Made by a program: the position numbers and the translations under genes
Notes under the pieces: generated by a model
What the model was told of the DNA's origin: nothing
Database searches by the model: none
Seen by the model: the letters and a program-made list of their open reading frames with translations, nothing else
In this document: positions 1 through 7,952 of the stretch, piece by piece
Numbering within the stretch: the first letter of the stretch is position 1
Layout: each line of letters opens with the position of its first letter
Assembly (NCBI GenBank): GCA_041661745.1
Contig: JBAZTR010000004.1
Coordinates: 76,999-140,998 of the forward strand
DNA length: 64,000 bases
Origin: Patescibacteria group bacterium
GTDB lineage: Bacteria > Patescibacteriota > Patescibacteriia > UBA9934 > GWF2-40-263
Direction of reading: 5' to 3'

Positions 1-1
1 C

Positions 2-211
2 GATGCTGGTTGTACCGCCAAGACCACACAAGCTGCCTGCATTGACTTGGCCGACTTAGTCACTGGCGGATATTTGGGGTCAGTTCCAATGGATCCGCTT
101 GATGGCCTAGCAACTGAATCCGATTATTACATGGTCAAAAATGCTAATGGCACCCTCGAAGTTGGCGCCTGCGACCCAGAAATCGAAACCTCGATTTTCG
201 TCCTTCGCTAA
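2..211 (+). CDS. 3' fragment of a pilin/pseudopilin-like secreted protein (partial, start outside window)
   Basis: Open frame from the window edge to TAA at 209-211. The C-terminal peptide ...TACIDLADLVTGGYLGSVPMDPLDG...GACDPEIETSIFVLR contains a Cys pair typical of the pilin disulfide loop. An intrinsic terminator follows. Confidence 0.3.
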   Translation, partial: DAGCTAKTTQAACIDLADLVTGGYLGSVPMDPLDGLATESDYYMVKNANGTLEVGACDPEIETSIFVLR

Positions 212-224
212 AATATCAATAAAA

Positions 225-252
225 ATAACGGCCGAAAGGCCGTTATTTTTGT
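225..252 (+). terminator. Rho-independent terminator
   Basis: Hairpin aacggccgaaaggccgtt followed by TTTTTGTT. Confidence 0.7.
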
Positions 253-399
253 TATATTCTTAAGTGATTTTTGGCTGTCTTTCACCTATTGCACTATATA
301 ATAGTTGTGTTATACTACTTCTCGATCCCCCGACGGGGGTTTTAAAAACCAAAAAATATGACCCTTCGACTCAACTCAGGGTCATAGAAACCTAAAAAT

Positions 400-612
400 A
401 TGACGGAAACGCAAAAAAAAGGTCTAAATCCTATCAAATACGTCAAAGAGGCTAAGGAAGAGCTTGATAAGGTCACTTGGCCGTCTAAAAAAGACGCGAT
501 TCGCTATTCCCTTATTGTAATCGCGGTCACAGTCGCCTTAAGTGCCTTTTTTGCTATTCTTGATTGGGCTTTAAACTTAGGTCTCGGAAAACTAATCGAG
601 ATAACTCAATAA
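400..612 (+). CDS. secE: preprotein translocase subunit SecE
   Basis: 70-aa protein with a single C-terminal TM helix and a Lys-rich N-terminus, immediately upstream of nusG (the conserved secE-nusG-rplK-rplA order). Confidence 0.85.
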   Translation: MTETQKKGLNPIKYVKEAKEELDKVTWPSKKDAIRYSLIVIAVTVALSAFFAILDWALNLGLGKLIEITQ

Positions 613-622
613 AGAGGATTTT

Positions 623-1168
623 ATGCCAAAACAAGTAGCTAAACACGGCCGCCGTTGGTATGCCATTCATACCTATTCCGGATACGAGGAAGCGGTTTTT
701 GACAGTTTAAAACAACGTATCGAAACCATGGACATGGCTGACAAAATTTTTGATGTCATTGTTCCTAAGGAAAAAAAGATTAAAATCAAAAACGGCAAGC
801 GTAAAACCGTTGAAGAAAAAATCTTCCCTGGCTATGTCTTGGTCGAAATGATCGTGACTGATGATTCTTGGTATGTTGTTCGCAACACACCTAACGTCAC
901 TGGTTTCATTGGTACCGGTACTACTCCAACGCCAATTGCTGAAGAGGAAATAGAGGCTTTAATGAAACGCGTGCGGGTGGAAGAACCGGAATTCAAACTG
1001 GAAATTGAAGTTGGGGCTCTGGTACAAATCACTGACGGCCCATTCAAAAACTTTGAAGGTAAAATTTCCGAGCTTGACGAAGCCCGCGGTAAAGTCAAAG
1101 TTTTCGTCAACATGTTCGGCCGCGAAACCCCAGTGGAACTCGACTTTTTACAAGTTAAAAAAATCTAA
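623..1168 (+). CDS. nusG: transcription termination/antitermination factor NusG
   Basis: N-terminal NGN domain (RWYAIHTYSGYEE) and C-terminal KOW motif (GALVQITDGPFKNFEGKI); conserved synteny. Confidence 0.9.
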   Translation: MPKQVAKHGRRWYAIHTYSGYEEAVFDSLKQRIETMDMADKIFDVIVPKEKKIKIKNGKRKTVEEKIFPGYVLVEMIVTDDSWYVVRNTPNVTGFIGTGTTPTPIAEEEIEALMKRVRVEEPEFKLEIEVGALVQITDGPFKNFEGKISELDEARGKVKVFVNMFGRETPVELDFLQVKKI

Positions 1169-1260
1169 GCTGTGAGTATGTAGTAGGTAGTATGTAGGCA
1201 AAAGTCCCCGACTAGATCTATTGCCTACCCACTACATACTACAAACTCGAGCCCAAAAAA
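1169..1260 (+). promoter_or_regulatory. long imperfect palindrome / stem-loop between nusG and rplK
   Basis: gtatgtagtaggtagtatgtaggcaa ... ttgcctacccactacatactac form a stem of roughly 20 bp around a loop of roughly 19 nt. Could be a terminator/attenuator or an rplK leader structure. Confidence 0.4.
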
Positions 1261-1318
1261 AATAATTCATAGTATGGTCACTTCCCTTTTGGGAGGAATC
1301 CATTAACCAAAAAACACT

Positions 1319-1741
1319 ATGGCCAAGAAACTCGTTACACAAGTCAAACTCCAAATCATGGGCGGCGCCGCCACCCCAGCCCCGCCGGTCGGCCCAGCCT
1401 TGGGTCAGCATGGCCTGAACATTCAGGACTTCGTGGGCAAATTCAATGCCGCAACCCAAGATCGTCGCGGTGAAATCGTTCCGGTCGTCATCAATATCTA
1501 CGAAGACCGTTCCTTCACCTTTATCATGAAGATTGCCCCATCTTCGGAGCTCATCAAAAAAGCTTTAAACTTAAAGAGTGGTTCGGGCAAACCGTTACAA
1601 GAAAAAGTCGGGACATTAACCAGAGATCAGTTGCGCCAAATCGCTGAAAAGAAAATGCCTGACCTTAACACCACCGATGTCGAAGCGGCCATGAAAATCA
1701 TCGCTGGCACCGCCAGACAGATGGGCGTGGAAGTTAAATAA
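1319..1741 (+). CDS. rplK: 50S ribosomal protein L11
   Basis: MAKK...[27 protein letters not shown] is the hallmark L11 N-terminal domain; 140 aa. Confidence 0.95.
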   Translation: MAKKLVTQVKLQIMGGAATPAPPVGPALGQHGLNIQDFVGKFNAATQDRRGEIVPVVINIYEDRSFTFIMKIAPSSELIKKALNLKSGSGKPLQEKVGTLTRDQLRQIAEKKMPDLNTTDVEAAMKIIAGTARQMGVEVK

Positions 1742-1754
1742 CTAAATCTTAAGG

Positions 1755-1836
1755 AGGGAACGAAAGAGCAAATATTTACGAATATACGAATTAGAAAAAA
1801 TTCGTATATTAGTACGGATTCGTAATTTCGTCCCCC
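1755..1836. repeat. cargo-less (MITE-like) copy of the inverted-repeat element that carries the GxxExxY gene at 34958..35430
   Basis: The left half gggaacgaaagagcaaatatttacgaatatacgaatt matches the reverse complement of the repeat at 35391..35430. The right half aattcgtatattagtacggattcgtaatttcgtcccc matches the reverse complement of the repeat at 34958..35000. The two ends are joined by a 6-bp spacer and together form a near-perfect dyad. Confidence 0.6.
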
Positions 1837-1875
1837 CAGTGGGAGCCCGCAAGGCGTTACCACCACAACAAACAT

Positions 1876-2559
1876 ATGCACAGCAAACGTTATCAGGAGG
1901 CCCAAAAATTAGTTGATTCCAAAAAAGTTTACACTATCGAAGAGGCGATAAAACTTCTCAAAAGTTTACCGGCTACCAAGTTCGACGCCGCTGTTGAGTT
2001 CCATGCCAAATTAGGCATTGACCCAACCAAAGGCGACCAGCTGGTTCGCGGAACAATCGTTCTGCCACACGGTACTGGTAAAACCAAAAAGGTTATTGCC
2101 TTCGTTGAACCGGAAAAAGAAGCCGAGGCCAAAGCCGCCGGAGCCGATATTATCGGTAACGAGGAAGTTTCCGCCACAATCTTGAAAACTTCGGTCATTG
2201 AATTCGATGTGGCTATTGCCACCCCGGGCATGATGCCAAAGCTTTCCAAGCTGGCTAAAATCCTCGGTCCAAAAGGCTTAATGCCTAACCCTAAGACCGA
2301 TACGGTTGGTACCAACATAACAAAAATGATTCAGGAACAAAAAGCCGGTAAAGTCAGTTTCAAAAACGATGACACCGCCAATTTGCACCAAATCATTGGT
2401 CGCTTCTCCTTCGACGAAGCGAAGCTAAAGGAAAACTTAACCGCTTTAATCGAAGCTGTTAAAAAGGTAAAACCAGCCGCGGCCAAGGGTATTTATATCG
2501 AAAACGCCGTTATCTGCACCACTATGAGTCCAAGTATTCATGTGGAGATTCCTGTTTAA
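1876..2559 (+). CDS. rplA: 50S ribosomal protein L1
   Basis: GTGKTKKVIAFVE...FDVAIATPGMMPKLSKLAKILGPKGLMPNPKTDTVG is typical of L1; follows rplK. Confidence 0.95.
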   Translation: MHSKRYQEAQKLVDSKKVYTIEEAIKLLKSLPATKFDAAVEFHAKLGIDPTKGDQLVRGTIVLPHGTGKTKKVIAFVEPEKEAEAKAAGADIIGNEEVSATILKTSVIEFDVAIATPGMMPKLSKLAKILGPKGLMPNPKTDTVGTNITKMIQEQKAGKVSFKNDDTANLHQIIGRFSFDEAKLKENLTALIEAVKKVKPAAAKGIYIENAVICTTMSPSIHVEIPV

Positions 2560-2570
2560 AAGTCAATAAA

Positions 2571-2596
2571 AACTCCGCGAAAGCGGAGTTTTTTGT
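2571..2596 (+). terminator. Rho-independent terminator after rplA
   Basis: aactccgcgaaagcggagtt followed by a T-run. Confidence 0.7.
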
Positions 2597-2665
2597 TTCC
2601 AAACTTTTCCACTTCCCTTTCCCCTCGCTAACAGGTACTCTAAGTGAGGAAAAGAAAGGAATTTT

Positions 2666-3496
2666 ATGAACCAGTTCGATCAACAATATAAAGCCGCCGT
2701 GCAACGAATCATGAACGAAGGGATTGATGAATACAACGAACGCACCGGCCACACTTGCAAGGTTATACCTGGTCTGACTTTTGAGTTAGATCAGGGTTTT
2801 CCGCTTTTAACCTTGAGAAAAATTCCCTTAAAAATTTTTATTGCCGAACAAATTTGGTACATCATGGGCAGCAAAAACCCCGACGACTTTGTAAACAAGT
2901 TTACAAAAATTTGGAAAGATTTCACCGAAGAAGACGGCACTGTGGCCGCCGCTTATGGTAATCGTTGGCGTCATGCTTTTGGTCGCGACCAACTAGGTAT
3001 GCTTGTTGATCATTTAAAAAAACAACCGGGCTCGCGCCACGGAGTGGTCGTAACTTGGGATCCGCGCGAGGACGGCCTGGGCAATCCGCAATCAAAAAAA
3101 AATGTTCCTTGCCCTTTCACTTGGACGGCCAATATTATTGGCAATAAACTTCATGTTCACAATGTTGTCCGTTCCAATGATATTATGCTCGGCTGTCCAC
3201 ATGATGTGGCCGGATTTTATTTACTGCTATGCATCCTGGCGGCCAAGTTGGGGGTCAAACCCGGAAAACTGACACACACAATTTCCAACGCCCATATTTA
3301 CGACACTCATTTTAAACAAGCGTGGGAATTACTAGAACGAAGCAATGAGCACGCTCCGATTCACTTCGAAGGGCAAGTCGACTATTATGACCGAGCCGAG
3401 AAAGGCGACGAAACCCTGGTTGAAGAAATTTTGGAAATTTTAAAAAAACAGTATAATCCCTTGCCACAAATAACCGGCATGGAAATTGTTTTGTAA
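2666..3496 (+). CDS. thymidylate synthase (ThyA) superfamily enzyme with Asp at the base-specificity position; possible dCMP-directed methylase or hydroxymethylase
   Basis: Aligns by eye with E. coli ThyA: ERTGHTC / DRTGTGT; AAYGNRWRHA / PVYGKQWRAW; QPGSRHGVVVTWD / DPDSRRIIVSAWN; active-site VPCPF / APCHAF; RSNDIMLGCPHDVAGFY / RSCDVFLGLPFNIASY; NAHIY / DTHLY. ThyA Asn177 (FNIASY) aligns to Asp (HDVAGFY). Confidence 0.75.
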   Translation: MNQFDQQYKAAVQRIMNEGIDEYNERTGHTCKVIPGLTFELDQGFPLLTLRKIPLKIFIAEQIWYIMGSKNPDDFVNKFTKIWKDFTEEDGTVAAAYGNRWRHAFGRDQLGMLVDHLKKQPGSRHGVVVTWDPREDGLGNPQSKKNVPCPFTWTANIIGNKLHVHNVVRSNDIMLGCPHDVAGFYLLLCILAAKLGVKPGKLTHTISNAHIYDTHFKQAWELLERSNEHAPIHFEGQVDYYDRAEKGDETLVEEILEILKKQYNPLPQITGMEIVL

Positions 3497-4157
3497 ACCT
3501 ATGGCTATCCTTACAAAAAAAGAAATTAGCGAACGTATCACGGCTGGACAAATCGTCTTTTCTCCCAATCTCGACGCCTATCAAATTCAACCCAACTCGG
3601 TCGATCTGCGCGTCGGATGGACCTTTTATATCCCAGAAACCTGGAGATACAACGAAGAAGGCCGAGTTGCCATCCGCCCCAACTATTTGGAATATCAAAA
3701 GACCGAGGAATATTTTAAAATGATTCGTTTAAAACCTGGGCAATTTTTTGAAATTCTGCCAAACGAATTTGTAATTATTTCAACCTTAGAAAATATTAAT
3801 CTGAATTGTGGTGATCTTAACGCCACTCTGCACCCGCGCAGTTCCATAATTCGCCGCGGTCTGCAAATTCAAACCGGTGTGGTTGATTGTCGATACCAAG
3901 GCCAGTTAATGATTCCGATTTTTAATACCAGTAACCAAATCATGAAAATTTATCCCGGCGAAAGATTTTGTCAATTACAATTCTCGCTTTTGGCTTCAGA
4001 ATTGGATCTCGAGGCTGCAAAAAAACATGGTGTTGATGAAGGTAAATACATAAAATCAACCCCTTACAGTCTGGAGGCCAAAACCGATCCCCACGAAGAG
4101 GTTGATTTAATAAAAGCTGGGAAACTTGATGAGTTAAAAGAAAAATTTAAGGTTTAA
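3486..4157 (+). CDS. dCTP deaminase / dUTPase-fold protein (Dcd-like)
   Basis: ILTKKEI...QIQPNSVDLRVG, ATLHPRSSIIRRGL and GVVDCRYQGQL resemble dCTP deaminase family motifs. Overlaps the upstream gene by 11 nt, so operonic. Confidence 0.65.
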   Translation: MFCKPMAILTKKEISERITAGQIVFSPNLDAYQIQPNSVDLRVGWTFYIPETWRYNEEGRVAIRPNYLEYQKTEEYFKMIRLKPGQFFEILPNEFVIISTLENINLNCGDLNATLHPRSSIIRRGLQIQTGVVDCRYQGQLMIPIFNTSNQIMKIYPGERFCQLQFSLLASELDLEAAKKHGVDEGKYIKSTPYSLEAKTDPHEEVDLIKAGKLDELKEKFKV

Positions 4158-4158
4158 T

Positions 4159-4650
4159 ATGGGTGACCAAAAAATTGCTTATCCTTACTTACCGGCTGGC
4201 CGCGAAATTATTCTTGTCCCATTGGAAAACCCTTTCATGCAAGCCGCGAAAAAAATCCAGGAAGAATTGTCGAATGATCTTCTCAATCCCACCGGCGCGG
4301 TGGTGGTTAAAGACGGAATAATCATCGGCTGCGCCGCCAACCACGCCAATTTACCTTTTAAAAGTTGGCAATTGTTTCATAAAAATACCTTCTGTGTCCG
4401 TCGTTTTTTTAAGATTAAAACCGGCACAAAATATTGGGCCTGCCCGGGTTGCGCGAAAAACAAAGACCACGCCGAAGCCCGCGCCGCCAGAGACGCAGCG
4501 CAAAAAAACGGCGATATTACCGGGGCCGATCTTTATCTTTACGGCCACTGGTGGTGTTGTGAGCCTTGTTGGAACGAAATGATTAAGCATGGGATTAAAA
4601 ACGTTTATATCTTGGAAAACGGCGTAGAAATTTTCGCCAGAAAAAAATAA
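4159..4650 (+). CDS. cytidine/deoxycytidylate deaminase-family zinc enzyme (dCMP deaminase-like)
   Basis: HAE...(25 residues)...CCEPC zinc-binding signature (HAEARAARDA ... HWWCCEPCWNEM). Confidence 0.65.
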   Translation: MGDQKIAYPYLPAGREIILVPLENPFMQAAKKIQEELSNDLLNPTGAVVVKDGIIIGCAANHANLPFKSWQLFHKNTFCVRRFFKIKTGTKYWACPGCAKNKDHAEARAARDAAQKNGDITGADLYLYGHWWCCEPCWNEMIKHGIKNVYILENGVEIFARKK

Positions 4651-4655
4651 AAATT

Positions 4656-5237
4656 ATGAGCAATAAATTAGTGGCCATTGTCGGTATGTGTGGCAGTGGC
4701 AAAAGTGTTTTAGCCGATGCTTTAGTAGCCGAGGGTTACGGGTACCTCCGCTTCGGACAAATTGTCCTTGATGAAGTAAAACGCCGTGGCCTTCCACCCA
4801 CCGAACCTTTGGAGCGAGAAATCCGCGAGAACTTCCGCAAAGAACACGGTATGGGGGCCTTTGCTATTTTAAACATTCCTAAATTCGACGAGCTGTTGAA
4901 AAACGGAAATACGGTCGGTGATGGCATGTACAGCTGGGACGAATACAAAATTCTAAGGGAACGTTATGGTAAAAATTTCATAACCGTAGCTATTTACGCT
5001 CCGCCTCAAATGCGTTATGAACGATTAGAAAAACGCTTCTCTGATGCTAACGACACTGATTTGCGCAATCGTGGTTTTTCACGCGAAGCGGCCGCGGCTC
5101 GCGACCAAGCTGAAATCGAAAACAGCGCAAAAGGTGGACCGATTGCCATGGCCGATTACACTATTGTGAACGCCGGAACGGTCGAAGAATATCAGGAACA
5201 AATCAAAAAAGTTATTGAGTGGTTAAAAACAAAATAA
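4656..5237 (+). CDS. P-loop nucleoside/nucleotide kinase-like protein
   Basis: Walker A VAIVGMCGSGKSV at the N-terminus; about 190 aa; embedded in the nucleotide-metabolism cluster. Confidence 0.45.
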   Translation: MSNKLVAIVGMCGSGKSVLADALVAEGYGYLRFGQIVLDEVKRRGLPPTEPLEREIRENFRKEHGMGAFAILNIPKFDELLKNGNTVGDGMYSWDEYKILRERYGKNFITVAIYAPPQMRYERLEKRFSDANDTDLRNRGFSREAAAARDQAEIENSAKGGPIAMADYTIVNAGTVEEYQEQIKKVIEWLKTK

Positions 5238-5244
5238 TCGCCAT

Positions 5245-5715
5245 ATGCTTACTCTCATCGCCGCGGTGGCAAAAAATAATGTCATTGGAAAAAACAACGA
5301 GCTGCCCTGGCATCTTCCTGAAGATCTTAAACATTTTAAGACTTTAACCACCGGTAACACGGTTTTAATGGGTCGCAAAACTTTCGAATCAATCGTCACA
5401 CGACTTGGCAAGCCATTACCTGATCGAAAAAATATTGTCATTACTCGCCAAGAAAACTATCCGGCTCCGGAAGGCATCTTGATTTATCGGGACATTGAAA
5501 CAGCGCTAAAAAATCACTCTGGCGAACAGGTTTTTGTTATCGGCGGGGCGGAAATGTACCGACAAACAATTGAACGAGCCGATCGACTGGAGATTACTCA
5601 CGTTGACCAGGAGGTTGAAGGCGACGCGACTTTTCCTTCCATTGATTTAAACATCTGGAAAAAGGCTAGTGAGGAATCGCATGATGGTTATTCTTTCGCA
5701 ACCTACATGAAATAA
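5245..5715 (+). CDS. folA: dihydrofolate reductase
   Basis: MLTLIAAVAKNNVIGKNNELPWHLPEDLKHFKTLTTGNTVLMGRKTFESI...VIGGAEMY is the canonical DHFR signature. Confidence 0.85.
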   Translation: MLTLIAAVAKNNVIGKNNELPWHLPEDLKHFKTLTTGNTVLMGRKTFESIVTRLGKPLPDRKNIVITRQENYPAPEGILIYRDIETALKNHSGEQVFVIGGAEMYRQTIERADRLEITHVDQEVEGDATFPSIDLNIWKKASEESHDGYSFATYMK

Positions 5716-5729
5716 TAAACAAAAACCAC

Positions 5730-5757
5730 CCAGCCAAGCTGGGTGGTTTTTAATTTA
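5730..5757. terminator. bidirectional terminator between folA and the convergent cupin gene
   Basis: aaccacccagccaagctgggtggtt hairpin flanked by A-run and T-run. Confidence 0.65.
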
Positions 5758-5763
5758 TCGAAA

Positions 5764-6162
5764 TTATTCCGTGGTCACGCCATCAAAGTCCGGGCTATCG
5801 GCCTCGGCTTCGGCCTTGGTGGCCCGAACCACGCCGTCTTTGTGATGAGCCGGGGAGTAAATGGTGTAAAGTTTCAAATCTTCGGTTTCCGAAACATTAA
5901 TGATGTTGTGCTCGGCGCCGGCTGGGACGATGATAACCGAACCATCGGTGAGCATATATTCGTTTCCGTCGATAAGGCACTTACCTTGTCCGGACTCAAA
6001 ACGGAAAAACTGATCATTGTCGGTATGCACTTCCATACCGATTTCCTCTAACGGTTTTAGGGACATTAGAACCAACTGGCAATGTTTACCGGTGTACAAC
6101 ACCTTGCGAAAATTAGCGTTTTCCAGGGTGTCTTTTTCGATGTTAGTATTAAAGCCTTTCAT
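5764..6162 (-). CDS. cupin-domain protein
   Basis: Small beta-barrel signature (G..VIIVPAGAEHNIINVSE) of about 130 aa. Confidence 0.45.
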   Translation of the reverse strand: MKGFNTNIEKDTLENANFRKVLYTGKHCQLVLMSLKPLEEIGMEVHTDNDQFFRFESGQGKCLIDGNEYMLTDGSVIIVPAGAEHNIINVSETEDLKLYTIYSPAHHKDGVVRATKAEAEADSPDFDGVTTE

Positions 6163-6176
6163 AAGAAAAAGATTAA

Positions 6177-6686
6177 TTATTTAAAATGTTTTAACATGAA
6201 ATCGGGCATGAACTTATTTTTGATGTAAAAATTCTGAACTGACTTAGGAAGTGTTTTAAACTGATTAATTATTCCTCGACAATTCTTTGCCCCACAACGG
6301 CATTTACACGTCCATAAGGCCCCGCCGGTTTCTTCGATTCTCTTCTTGTTATCGTTCATTGTAGTTGAATAGTCGAAAGTAATCTCGTCGCCGATTTTTA
6401 TGTTTTTAAGGGCGACTAATTCATTGCGACCTCTAATAAAAGCATTGGGGCCACAAGAATGATTAAAGGTTCTCGGCAACTCGTCTAAATCCAAATATTG
6501 GTCGTCATCAACCCCCAAAGGATCGGACGAAGCCTCTAGGCCGTTGTCGACGTTCTCAATCATTTCATCCAAAGTACAAGGTACACCGGTTAGGAAAATA
6601 ATTGTTTCACCTTTTTTAAACTTCTTCAAGGCAAAAACGCCATTAGTAGAAATTCCGGATTTTTTTATTTCCAGTGAATCAATCAT
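6177..6686 (-). CDS. SET-domain protein (putative lysine methyltransferase)
   Basis: FNHSCGPNA (the NHSCxPN motif), ELVALKNIKIGDEITFDY, and a C-terminal post-SET Cys cluster CKCRCGAKNCRG. Confidence 0.6.
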   Translation of the reverse strand: MIDSLEIKKSGISTNGVFALKKFKKGETIIFLTGVPCTLDEMIENVDNGLEASSDPLGVDDDQYLDLDELPRTFNHSCGPNAFIRGRNELVALKNIKIGDEITFDYSTTMNDNKKRIEETGGALWTCKCRCGAKNCRGIINQFKTLPKSVQNFYIKNKFMPDFMLKHFK

Positions 6687-6712
6687 AAAAACCGAGCTTC
6701 TGACCTAAACGA

Positions 6713-6985
6713 TTATTTTATTTGAACCTCAACATCACAGTTAGGTGTAATTGACACGGAATAGATACCGTTAATCCAATATCTTTGAAATTGCATTGTC
6801 TCCTTTAAATTACCTTCGATTGGCGTTTGAGGAAAAATCCAAAGATATCTTTTTTCACTATACTTTCCCGAGACTTTTTCGTTGTTTTTGGAAGTTATTG
6901 TTATATTAAACATTTGCGGATAACCCCGACCAAAGTTGCTAATTATCTTGGTTGTCTTGTTTTTTTCGCAAAATATTTTTTTCAT
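6713..6985 (-). CDS. hypothetical protein
   Basis: 90-aa ORF downstream of the SET gene on the same strand; no recognisable motif. Confidence 0.25.
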   Translation of the reverse strand: MKKIFCEKNKTTKIISNFGRGYPQMFNITITSKNNEKVSGKYSEKRYLWIFPQTPIEGNLKETMQFQRYWINGIYSVSITPNCDVEVQIK

Positions 6986-7209
6986 AGAAAAAGGTTAATT
7001 ATCTTTTTATTCATCTAGGTTTAGAGTAACGGTATTTTCGTCTTTTAGCAAGTCTGACAGTTCCACTTACTGGTTCGCATAATACACCGCGTTTACTTGA
7101 TTTGTGTCAAAAAATTAGATTTATTCCTTTTCTTTTTAATGTTAGTCGGTTGTTTTAAAAAATTTTCAAATTTATTTCATTATACACATGTCCGGGAAAT
7201 TGGGCGATA

Positions 7210-7238
7210 TTGACTCTTTCTGTTGAAAAGGGTATATT
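7210..7238 (+). promoter_or_regulatory. sigma70-type promoter (TTGACT-17-TATATT) for the GC-rich orphan gene
   Basis: TTGACT at 7210-7215, 17-nt spacer, TATATT at 7233-7238. Followed by a 5'UTR hairpin gtcgactttcgac and a GGAG ribosome-binding site. Confidence 0.55.
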
Positions 7239-7299
7239 CTAGCGTCGACTTTCGACCCACACGGCAAGGCAAGCCGGCCCACTAATCGGAGAAGATTCC

Positions 7300-7650
7300 A
7301 TGGCAAAGGAAGCCAGCGATCTCGCCAATCGGTCGGACATTGATGGTTCACCCGTCAAACTTGCGATCGACTTCACGGACAACTGTGATGGCGAACCCGA
7401 TCGCCGAAGGGTCCTCTTGTTGTTCGTCGACAAGGGCGGAGTCCGTGCAAAGCTAATCAAATGTCATCGTGGCGAAACGGAGTATGGTCAAGGTCTCGAT
7501 CTTCGACCGACTTATTTCGCTTCGGTAGATTTCGGGGACTTCTTTACCCATTTCGCGGAAGAGGTCCTCAGAATCGATGCAAGTCAACTCCTGACACTGA
7601 TCGATCGCTATTCCCGTTCCCTCCATCACGACCGACCGACCGATACGTAA
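7300..7650 (+). CDS. hypothetical protein on a small GC-rich islet (own promoter and terminator)
   Basis: 116-aa ORF with an RBS (cggagaag) 9 nt upstream. Composition is noticeably more GC-rich than the flanks. No recognisable motif. Confidence 0.4.
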   Translation: MAKEASDLANRSDIDGSPVKLAIDFTDNCDGEPDRRRVLLLFVDKGGVRAKLIKCHRGETEYGQGLDLRPTYFASVDFGDFFTHFAEEVLRIDASQLLTLIDRYSRSLHHDRPTDT

Positions 7651-7655
7651 AACGT

Positions 7656-7709
7656 GCCGCCTACCACGAGCTGCTTACCAACTCAGCTCGGTGGGCGGCT
7701 TTTCTTTTT
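7656..7709 (+). terminator. strong Rho-independent terminator
   Basis: Stem of 16-18 bp, gccgcctaccacgagctg / cagctcggtgggcggc, followed by TTTTCTTTTT. Confidence 0.75.
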
Positions 7710-7952
7710 AACGCGTTTAAACTTTGTATTTTCGAGGTGGAAGAAAATTTTAATTTTTTTAAAGACAATTAGGACGTTAGCCCTAAAAGAAAAAATATTT
7801 CAGCTAAATGTTTCTTATACAAAGGCTTCTCGCATAAGATGTGGGAAGGTGGTAAAAAAACTAAATGTGATATACTTCCAACCAAGGAAACTATACCAAA
7901 TTTTGGCCTTTATACAAGGTGTTTTGGTAAAATTAAGATTAAAGAATTATCT

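Noticed and set aside
7257-7712. Possibility that the GC-rich transcript 7257..7712 is a structured ncRNA (tmRNA or RNase P RNA) rather than an mRNA
   Set aside because: No tRNA-like 3' end (no GGTTCGAATCC or CCA), no P4 (AGGAAAGTCCGG ... ACAGAA-CCGGCTTA) motifs. A good RBS plus an uninterrupted 116-codon frame fit an mRNA better.
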